From Endomicrobiales bacterium (GTDB lineage: Bacteria > Elusimicrobiota > Endomicrobiia > Endomicrobiales > JALOBY01), in contig CAWCNJ010000008.1 of the NCBI GenBank assembly GCA_963796955.1, positions 288,001-352,000 of the forward strand: a DNA stretch of 64,000 bases, read 5' to 3'. The notes beneath the pieces are model-generated. The model was not told the origin of the DNA, ran no database searches, and worked only from the letters and a program-made list of their open reading frames with translations. Position numbers and translations under genes: made by a program. Below are positions 10,749-18,700 of the stretch, piece after piece. Numbering within the stretch: the first letter of the stretch is position 1; each line of letters begins with the position of its first letter.

Positions 10749-11819
10749 ATGTTCCGTTTGTCACGCTATACCTCAATAATGGCAGTATTAATGCTGCTCT
10801 CAGGCATTTCTTTCGCCGCCGACAAGATGGTTGATAAAACTCTCGCGGTCGTTAACGGCGACGCCATAATGCAATCTGAATTCGATAAAACAGCGGCTCC
10901 GATCATGGAGCAATACACTCAGTCTGTGCCGCCCGCTTCTCAATCAGCCGATAAACTGGCTGAAATTAAGAAGAAACTTCTGGACCAGATGATCGATGAG
11001 CGCCTGTTAAAACAGGAAGCAAAAAAAGCCAAGATCAAGGTGACGAAACGCGATATAGAAGACGGCATGAAGACCGTCAAGAAACGGTTTGACAGCGAAG
11101 AAGATTTTCAGAAAGAACTGCGCCGTGAAGACATAAGCCAGCCGGCCTTTGAAAAACGCATAGAAGACCAGCTGATGGTGATGAAACTTATTGAATCCGA
11201 AGTAAAAGCAAAGACGAGCCGCCCCTCAGACCAGGATGTTAAAGCCCTGTTTGACAAGATCAACGAGCGCGTGGCGAAAGGCGTTGTAGCGTCGACCGCT
11301 CCCGCCGCGAACAAGGACGATGAAGAACTGAACGCGATGACCCGTCTTTTCACCCGCGTAGGCAATGAGCAGGTGCACGCCCGCCATATTCTGGTACAGG
11401 TAGACAAAAATGCACCCATGGCCGATAAAAGCGCTGCACTGAAAAAGATCAAAGACATCAAGTCCCAGCTGAACAAGGGAGCCGATTTTGCCGAGCTTGC
11501 CTCTAAATACTCTGACGATCCCGGCTCTAAACAGAAGGGCGGAGACCTGGGATACTTCACCAAAGGCGACATGGTCCCCGAATTTGAAAAAGCCGCCTTC
11601 GCCCTTAACGTCGGACAGGTTTCAGAACCCGTCCAGACGGATTTCGGCTGGCACATAATCAAAGTAGAAGAAAAACGCGCCGGCAAGAAAGTCTCTTTCG
11701 ACGACGCCAAGAACGACCTGACAGAGTTCCTGTTCCAGAAAGCCGCGGAAAAGAGATACGAATCCTGGCTCGCCGACATACACACAAAAGCCAGCATAAA
11801 AATAAACACAGCAGAATAA
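10749..11819 (+). CDS. SurA-like chaperone / PpiC-type peptidylprolyl isomerase
   Basis: Signal peptide, LAVVNGDAI SurA-like N-domain, HARHILV, GADFAELA..YSDD, GGDLGYF, TDFGWHII; AGGAG RBS. Confidence 0.88.
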   Translation: MFRLSRYTSIMAVLMLLSGISFAADKMVDKTLAVVNGDAIMQSEFDKTAAPIMEQYTQSVPPASQSADKLAEIKKKLLDQMIDERLLKQEAKKAKIKVTKRDIEDGMKTVKKRFDSEEDFQKELRREDISQPAFEKRIEDQLMVMKLIESEVKAKTSRPSDQDVKALFDKINERVAKGVVASTAPAANKDDEELNAMTRLFTRVGNEQVHARHILVQVDKNAPMADKSAALKKIKDIKSQLNKGADFAELASKYSDDPGSKQKGGDLGYFTKGDMVPEFEKAAFALNVGQVSEPVQTDFGWHIIKVEEKRAGKKVSFDDAKNDLTEFLFQKAAEKRYESWLADIHTKASIKINTAE

Positions 11820-11826
11820 ACACCCT

Positions 11827-11897
11827 GCGGGCGTAGTCTAGTGGCAAAACCCTTGCTTCCCAAGCAAGAGATGTGGGTTCGATTCCCATCGCCCGCT
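11827..11897 (+). tRNA. tRNA-Gly (anticodon CCC); CCA end not encoded
   Basis: GCGGGCG/CGCCCGC acceptor stem, TAGTCTAGTGG D arm, CTTGC-TTCCCAA-GCAAG anticodon arm, GGTTCGATTCC T arm, discriminator T followed by CCC. Confidence 0.95.
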
Positions 11898-11906
11898 CCC
11901 ATGTTT

Positions 11907-12088
11907 GCGATGGGAATCGAAGCTGACCGAAGCGCCGCCGCGTAGGCGGAAAAGGTCGCCTGATAAGGCGACAGTCAGCGAGGCAGCCGGCTTCGAAGGA
12001 GCCCGACAGGGCGGGTGAGAAGGATTCCCGTTTTGCGCCCGGAATATCGATGTAGTAGTAGGTCCCGGCCAGCGAAGCAAAGCCGGGC
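11907..12088 (+). other. Highly structured non-coding element immediately 3' of tRNA-Gly, starting with an inverted copy of the tRNA T-arm
   Basis: GCGATGGGAATCGAA (11907-11921) is the exact reverse complement of 11878-11892; further stems GCTGAC/GTCAGC, CCGCC/GGCGG, GTCGCC/GGCGAC, GCCC/GGGC, CCCGGC/GCCGGG. Confidence 0.6.
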
Positions 12089-12090
12089 TG

Positions 12091-12148
12091 CCGTAAAGGA
12101 AGTTCCATAAAAGAAGTTCCGTAAAGGAAGTTCCCGTAAAGAAAAAGT
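12091..12148. repeat. About 4 copies of a 14-bp tandem repeat, CCRTAAARGAAGTT
   Basis: ccgtaaaggaagtt / ccataaaagaagtt / ccgtaaaggaagtt / c / ccgtaaagaaaaagt. Confidence 0.8.
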
Positions 12149-12177
12149 CTCAAGAATCGCCGCACCCATTAAACAAC

Positions 12178-13296
12178 ATGCGTCTATCAGACATCCTTAA
12201 AAACACCGGTGGCAATCAAAAACCGGCCGTCCCACAGGCGGCGCCCGCGCCCGTCTCACCCTCAGCACAACAACCCGATTTCAGACCAACCCTGTCGCAA
12301 ATGCCCAAAGCAGAAGCCCCCAGTGTTACCTCCCAGGATAACATCCTTGCCGCCTCAAATGTGTATACTAAAGCCATCAGCGAAGCAAAAACCCTTATCA
12401 ACTCAATAAGTAACGACAGCACCACCACCGACCCGATCACCTGCACTGAGCAGATCGTAAAACTTCTTGAAAACTCGAATGATGACCTGGTGATCCTTGC
12501 CGACCGCGCAACGCCCGATGTTTATCTCTACGGCCATAGCGTGAATGTGTGCATCTATTCCACCATGATGGGCAAAGGCATGGGGATGGACCATGACAAA
12601 TTAGTGCGTCTGGCGAATGCCGCCTTTTTCCATGATGTATGCCTTTCAAAACATTTGATGCTTATAATGAAGAACGGAAAGCTTGCCCAGGAAGAGGTAA
12701 ACTCTGTCCATGCCATATCGCCGCAGTGCTCTAAACTTATAGAGACGGCTATTTCAACGTTCACGCCGCTGGTGAAAACAGCGATCCTTCAAGTAATGTA
12801 CTCAATGAACGAGCGCAAATACGGCAGCCGGGAGATACCCGCCGAGCTCAACGAGGAAAACACCGAGTTCGTAAAGCTCATAACCATTACCGATATTTAT
12901 GAAGCGCTGACGCATCCGAGGCCGTACCGCGACCGCTTTCTGCCGCACGACGCGATAAAAACGATGATCAGCACGGCAGAGAACAACTTTGATCCGGTGC
13001 TGTTGAAATCCTTTATCGAAATTATTTCCTTATATCCGCTGGGCAGCTACGTCCGCCTTAACACCGACGAGATAGCCCGCGTGACCGGCGTGAACCGGGG
13101 ACTGCCCACGCGCCCGAAGATCCTTATTATCACCGACCCGTCCGGTGCGCGCCAGCCGCAAGCCAAGTTCGCGGACCTTGCCGCCTCACCAATGCTGTTC
13201 GTCAAAGAGGCCCTCGACGAAACAAAGCTTAAGCTTGCCGATAAAAAACTCATGCTGGAGCTGAAAGCCATCCGCTGGTGGGTAAAATCACTCTAA
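12178..13296 (+). CDS. HD-GYP-like protein with degenerate active-site motifs
   Basis: GHSVNV, FFHDV, DIYEALTHPRPYR, FDP..YPLGSYVRLNT..RP; HHExxDGSGYP is replaced by MNERKYGSREIP. Confidence 0.75.
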   Translation: MRLSDILKNTGGNQKPAVPQAAPAPVSPSAQQPDFRPTLSQMPKAEAPSVTSQDNILAASNVYTKAISEAKTLINSISNDSTTTDPITCTEQIVKLLENSNDDLVILADRATPDVYLYGHSVNVCIYSTMMGKGMGMDHDKLVRLANAAFFHDVCLSKHLMLIMKNGKLAQEEVNSVHAISPQCSKLIETAISTFTPLVKTAILQVMYSMNERKYGSREIPAELNEENTEFVKLITITDIYEALTHPRPYRDRFLPHDAIKTMISTAENNFDPVLLKSFIEIISLYPLGSYVRLNTDEIARVTGVNRGLPTRPKILIITDPSGARQPQAKFADLAASPMLFVKEALDETKLKLADKKLMLELKAIRWWVKSL

Positions 13297-14105
13297 TGCC
13301 GCGCATTGTCCTGAAGATCGGACCGATAGCAGTATCCATCCACACGAACGAACCCGCCTGGCACCCGCTGCTTAAAGAACGTTACAAAAGTTTTTTAATT
13401 AAAAAACCATTAAAGGCCATTGCCAGCATAGAGCTGAAGACAGCTGAAGAGCGTACCGGCAAACGACAGCTCACGGTAAAGAGTACCCTCGACGGTCACG
13501 AAATATCCCGAAACGATTTCCACTCAACCTCTGATATGTACTTCAAAAGAACAAGCCTTTCATGCCTTCCAAATGTTTACTCCTTTGATTCGTGGCTGAG
13601 GGTATTCATAACTGCCGCGTATAGCACCAGGGGTATGGTATTGGTGCACGGGGCCTCTACCGGTTTTCGCCGTAAGGCCTATCTGTTCGCGGGCGTATCG
13701 GGGCGGGGCAAATCGACCATCACACGGAAGCTCGGCATTGATGCCGCTTTGAGCGATGAACTGACCCTTTTGTCGACAAAGGGGAAGAAAGTTTTCGCCC
13801 ACAGCACACCCTTCTGGGGTGAATTAGCCCGGCCGGAAACTGCAGGGCCTGTCTCATTGCCGCTGGGCCGCATATACTATTTAAAACACGGTCCCAAACT
13901 CAGCGACCGGAGTTTAACGCCGGCAGGATCATTTGCATATTTTATGACGACCATACTATTTTTTTCGACCGATGCGGGATCCGTTAACGGCATGCTGGAT
14001 ACGGCAGTCAATATAATAAAACATACCGGGGCCGCCACCCTTGCTTTTTCACTCAAGACCGGGCGCGAACAGATATGCAGATTATTGGAGGAACGTCTCT
14101 CATGA
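13296..14105 (+). CDS. HPr-kinase-related P-loop protein (RiPP-associated kinase-like)
   Basis: LVHGA, LFAGVSGRGKST, LSDE, TPFWGE motifs; ATG overlaps upstream TAA (TAATG), so a start at 13296 is preferred to 13278. Confidence 0.75.
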   Translation: MPRIVLKIGPIAVSIHTNEPAWHPLLKERYKSFLIKKPLKAIASIELKTAEERTGKRQLTVKSTLDGHEISRNDFHSTSDMYFKRTSLSCLPNVYSFDSWLRVFITAAYSTRGMVLVHGASTGFRRKAYLFAGVSGRGKSTITRKLGIDAALSDELTLLSTKGKKVFAHSTPFWGELARPETAGPVSLPLGRIYYLKHGPKLSDRSLTPAGSFAYFMTTILFFSTDAGSVNGMLDTAVNIIKHTGAATLAFSLKTGREQICRLLEERLS

Positions 14106-14368
14106 CGAAAGAACACATGTACCGGATAAAACCGGGCCTTGCCTGGCGCGTGATAGGGGAAACGGCCTTCGTCTTCGACCCGGCGAGATCGGAACTCCAT
14201 GAATTAAGCGAGTCAGCCACCGTGATCTGGCAGAGCCTTGATAAAAACGGTTCCGCCAACACAGCCGCGAAACGAATTTCCGACGAGTTCGACGTAACTG
14301 TCGAACGGGCGCTCCGCGATACGGGAACGCTGTTGACGGATCTTCAGGCACTGGGATTGATAGAATAA
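14102..14368 (+). CDS. PqqD-family RiPP recognition element (RRE)
   Basis: 88 aa; WRVIGETAFV..LHELSESATVIWQSLD..ISDEFDV..DTGTLLTDLQALGLIE; GGAGG RBS and ATGA overlap. Confidence 0.85.
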   Translation: MTKEHMYRIKPGLAWRVIGETAFVFDPARSELHELSESATVIWQSLDKNGSANTAAKRISDEFDVTVERALRDTGTLLTDLQALGLIE

Positions 14369-14369
14369 T

Positions 14370-15404
14370 ATGCCAAATGTCATGGACAAGCTGTTTGCGT
14401 ATACGCAGAGACAACGCATCCCGCTGATGTGCACCTTTGAACTGACCAAAAACTGTAACCTGCATTGCCGCCACTGCTATATCCCGCACAGAGAACGCAC
14501 GCAAAAAACGCTTTCCACCGCTCAGATCATGACTGCGCTCGACCAGCTGGCACGCATGGGAACGCTGTACCTGGTTTTCACCGGGGGCGAGATCTTTCTC
14601 AGGAAAGATCTGCCGGCTCTGTGCAGACATGCCCGGAAGCTGCATTTTGATATCCGCCTTTTTACGAACGGGACCCTGTTGACGCCTGCCATGGCGAAAC
14701 AACTTGCCCGGGTCGGCGTAAGCGCGGTAGAAATTAGCATATACGGAAAACCGGACACACACGATGCTATTACCGGTCACACAGGCTCTTGGAAAAGATC
14801 GATGGATTCGATCAAAACTCTGCAAAAGCACGGCCTTAAAGCGGTCATTAAAATGCCGCTGATGACTGAAAATTATGAAGATAAAAAATACATTGAAGCG
14901 CTTTCAAAAAAACTTAATGTTAAACTTCAACTAGACGCTGTTATAACAACAATGTCGGATGGAAACAAAACACCATTATCAATGCGGCTGTCTGGAAAAA
15001 CCCTTCAAAAAATATTTAGATCCCACGACAACGGAACAGCCCCGGATGCCGGCGAAACAGACCTGATATGTTCAGCAGGAAGGAATATGCTGGCAATAGC
15101 GGCGAATGGTGATCTGTTGCCATGTATTCAACTGCCGTTTAAGCTAGGAAATATAACAAAAAGAACGATCCCTGGTTTATGGAATAATAATAAGCTCCTC
15201 GTTAAAAAATTGTTATCTATCAAGGCCTCCGATATTGCCGAGTGCAAGGAATGCGCGATGGTCTCACAGTGCCAACGGTGTCCGGGAATGGCACTGGTTG
15301 AAGACGGCTCTCTGTCCGGGCCATCGACCGCGGCCTGTTTATTGACCAGGGCAAGATATGGCAGCAAAACACCAACTAATCTAAATATTAGATCACATTC
15401 ATGA
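14370..15404 (+). CDS. Radical SAM/SPASM peptide maturase
   Basis: CNLHCRHC, FTGGE, TNG, HDAITG..GSW; SPASM Cys set CSAG..GDLLPC..CKEC..C..CP..C. Confidence 0.92.
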   Translation: MPNVMDKLFAYTQRQRIPLMCTFELTKNCNLHCRHCYIPHRERTQKTLSTAQIMTALDQLARMGTLYLVFTGGEIFLRKDLPALCRHARKLHFDIRLFTNGTLLTPAMAKQLARVGVSAVEISIYGKPDTHDAITGHTGSWKRSMDSIKTLQKHGLKAVIKMPLMTENYEDKKYIEALSKKLNVKLQLDAVITTMSDGNKTPLSMRLSGKTLQKIFRSHDNGTAPDAGETDLICSAGRNMLAIAANGDLLPCIQLPFKLGNITKRTIPGLWNNNKLLVKKLLSIKASDIAECKECAMVSQCQRCPGMALVEDGSLSGPSTAACLLTRARYGSKTPTNLNIRSHS

Positions 15405-15491
15405 TCCACCGACGATAACGGCGCCGCGACGAGAAGTGTAATCATTACACTTATGTACACACACCACAAGACCTATTCAACAACAAATTCA

Positions 15492-15520
15492 TTGATTATT
15501 CTTGAATATTTGACTATACT
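15492..15520 (+). promoter_or_regulatory. Putative sigma70 promoter for the precursor and giant gene
   Basis: TTGATT-17 bp-TATACT in an AT-rich spacer, 50 bp upstream of the precursor ATG. Confidence 0.55.
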
Positions 15521-15570
15521 TATAGCGGAACAAGGCGAAACGTAGCTTTTGTATTTTTGAGGAGTTGTTC

Positions 15571-15720
15571 ATGACACTTAGAAAGAAGCGAAAACCTTAC
15601 CTCCCACCCAAAATTTCATCACAAAAAGTAATTGAGACCGCGGCTCTTGCCTGCGGTAAATGTATAGGCGGAAATCCAATATATCAGGCGGCTTGTAGAA
15701 GTTTTTCTAAGATGTCCTAA
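15571..15720 (+). CDS. Putative RiPP precursor peptide, 49 aa: MTLRKKRKPYLPPKISSQKVIETAALACGKCIGGNPIYQAACRSFSKMS
   Basis: Translated by hand (below the ORF-track cutoff); GAGGAG RBS 6 nt before ATG; basic N-terminus plus YxxP RRE-binding-type motif; Cys-containing core; next to RRE, rSAM and peptidase genes. Confidence 0.85.
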   Translation: MTLRKKRKPYLPPKISSQKVIETAALACGKCIGGNPIYQAACRSFSKMS

Positions 15721-15743
15721 AAACGCAGTCCGGTACATCCTGC

Positions 15744-18700
15744 ATGAGCGACACGAAAGTATTCTTAGCGACCGGCGGATCCATGCGGCCCCTGTTTTCT
15801 TCGGGTGAGCCGGTCTGGGCTGTTCCTATATCGAATAGTGAGGCGCTGCGTCCAGGTGATATTGTTATATATACGCGCGCGCGCGCAAAGTTTATGCACC
15901 GCGTTCTGTCCGTATCCGGTGACACATGCACAGTATTCAGCGACTCAGCCGTCTGCCAGCCACACACCATATCGGTCAATTCTATAATCGCAAAACCAAT
16001 TAGCCGCATGCAGGGAACACACGGCCTCCTCTGGGGCCTGGCCTGTAACGCGTTCTATCAGGTCTCCCGTTTTCTTAAACACCGCGCCTCCAGAATTTTA
16101 TCGGTTGCCGCCGTCTTAACTATTGCCTACTGCCTATTGCCTCTTACTTCACAAGCATATACCCGCGTTAAAACCGTTGAATTCAATTTCGGCGGCTATT
16201 ACTCGGCCACAAACGTTGCCAGCTGGACGCCGCCCTACGTTACCATAAACCTGCCGGATGCTATCGCTTCATCTCCCATCAAGGACGCGGTGCTTGATAT
16301 TCAATACCAATCGATCCCTGCCGTCACAAACAAGGACAGTCCAACTACTGCTATCGACGTACTATTCTCAACAGGCAATGCCGCCGGTGGAGCAGCTATA
16401 GACGGCATTGGTACGGGCGTTACTATGCCCACAAGTTCCAGAAAGAACGACATTATGTGCCTGCGTTTTGATGCAACATCAAAAATGACGGCCTGGAGCA
16501 ATACGCCGTATAGCATGAAAATAACCCTTACGGGCAGTAACGGTATTTTGTACAACTTGTATTCAGCCAAGCTGTTCATCACTTACTACTATGATGATAC
16601 GGCAACAACACAGGTAAAAACCGTACACTTTCCGCTTTTTTCGACGTCCGCAGACGGCAAGTCCGGCGTGGCATCCTACCTTGCCCAAAGAGGCAACACA
16701 ACAAGCGCGCTTTATTACGATGCTGAAATACCGGAAATATCCTTCACGCGCAAGCAGGCATGGTTCGAGGTGCGCGGATATCGCCAATCCGGCGGTTCCG
16801 CGACTGACGGCACGATATACGCCAAGATCGGCGCAAATGCCAAACAGGGAACAACGACGCTTGACGGTTCTATGACTGGCTCCTACTGGATCAGGTACCT
16901 CACATCTACCGGAACACCTGCGGGTTTCGCTGAAAACACATACCAGACGCTTAACGTGGTAACCGCTACCAATGCCACCATGAATGTTCTTGGCGGTGAA
17001 CTGGTGGAGACCTACGAGTATAACGCCACAACATTCCCGCAGGAAAAAACTCTTAACTACTTCTTGTGCCAGTCTACCGGCGGCGCCAGCGACCCGGCGA
17101 ACTTCACGGTACCGCTGTATATTAACGAATCCACCGTCACAATAAAACGCATTTACGCCCTGATGTATGGTTCTTATAACAACACCGGCGCTGCCCTGAA
17201 CCTTACCGTGAACTCTAAGATCAAGGGCCAGGCCCTTACAGCGCGGACCTATTCGCTGGCAACAACGGTAACACAGGCGTCAGGCTTTGTGCTTTATCAC
17301 GACCTTACGCAGGGGGCAACCTGGTGGGTGAACGGCTCCTCAGTAACGTTGTCATGGAACGCTAACGCCAACCTTGGCGGTATCGGCGCTGAACTGATAG
17401 TAACTTACACCTACAACAACGACGACTCCTTTACAGACTCTTACAGGATCTGGGGCGGGGAAACCACTAACCAGGTCACGAACGGCACTTATTACAACTC
17501 GAATTTAAACCTGTACTTCCCTGATCCTGAAGTGCCAACCGGCAAGAAAACACTCAGGTCGGCATTTTTCAGATATAATTTTATTCAGGGCGATTCCGCG
17601 GTCACAGCCAACCCGCAAACGACGATCGGCGTCAACGGCTCTGTTCCCGACAGGCAGGTGGTTCAGCACTACGGCACCACAGAAAACTTCCACGCTGTCG
17701 CATTATATGATTTTACCAAAAACATAACACCTGCCAGCACAACTGTTGCCGGAAATTTTACTTTGTCGAACGATCCATTCAATACAGCGGGCATAGCGTC
17801 AGTCATTTACGAGTACAAGCCGGTGCCGGTCGCGCCTTCGGCTTTGACCCAATACCAAAATGATGACGTTACGATAATGCCCCTGGGCGATTGGGAAAAC
17901 CTGCAGGGAAAACATTTAAGATTTACATTTTCAAGTAAAATAACGGGCGATTCCTTATACCCTGTTGTAGAAGTTAAGCCGGCTGCCGGTTCCTTCGACG
18001 GCATTACGAACCTTTCGACCGGAACGGTTCAAACCTATAACGGCTCTTCTCTATCGGCTGATATTTTCATAAGCACGGGCCAGGGTGCGTATCAATGGCG
18101 CGCATCGGTTGTTGGGAGCGCCGGCCGCTCGGCATGGACAAATTTCGGAGCGCCCGGCACTACACACTTCGGCATAGACCTTTCTACACCGGCCATTCCA
18201 GTCCTCGCGACGCCATCAAGCGGAACCGCGACATCAGATCAAACACCAACGCTTACATGGAACGCCTTGACAGATACCGGCGGGTCAGGACTAAGCGGTT
18301 ACCTGCTTCAAATAGCTACTTCGACAAATTTTAACCCGGTGTTTTATAGCTCTATTACTGCAAACACCTCATTCACCTCTACCTTTACCTGGACGCAAGC
18401 ACCCTATTATTGGAGAACACGGTCCCAGGACGCGGCAGGCAACTTCAGCGCGTATTCAGACACTTGGACGATAATTATCGACTCGACGCCGCCGCTGCAG
18501 GTTACAACCTACTTGGCGCCAGCTAATCAGGCATTCAGCTCATCAACGATCCAGACATTCAGCTGGGCTTCCTCCACCGACACGCCGGCTGGGGTCCAAA
18601 ACTACATACTGCAACTTTCTACGGCCGCTGATTTTTCCGCTATTGCTTACTCGTCGGTAACAGTCTCGACCGGCGCAGTAATGAACATTACGCAATCATC

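Noticed and set aside
12091..12148. Possible CRISPR array
   Set aside because: Repeats are only 14 bp, have no unique spacers, and no cas genes are in the window
11108..12169. Minus-strand ORFs of 264, 168, 80 and 64 aa
   Set aside because: Antisense shadows of the SurA-like gene, the tRNA and the structured spacer; no recognisable motifs
15866..15886. (TA)n(CG)6 dinucleotide run as a phase-variation tract or artefact
   Set aside because: Frame is intact and the GDIV-to-HRV spacing looks normal for this peptidase family; no evidence of variation from a single sequence
13296..16157. PQQ biosynthesis or lasso peptide cluster
   Set aside because: No PqqB/PqqC and no ExxxY PqqA motif; no asparagine-synthetase-like cyclase or transglutaminase-like B2 peptidase. 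The PQQ-type repeats downstream are structural propellers
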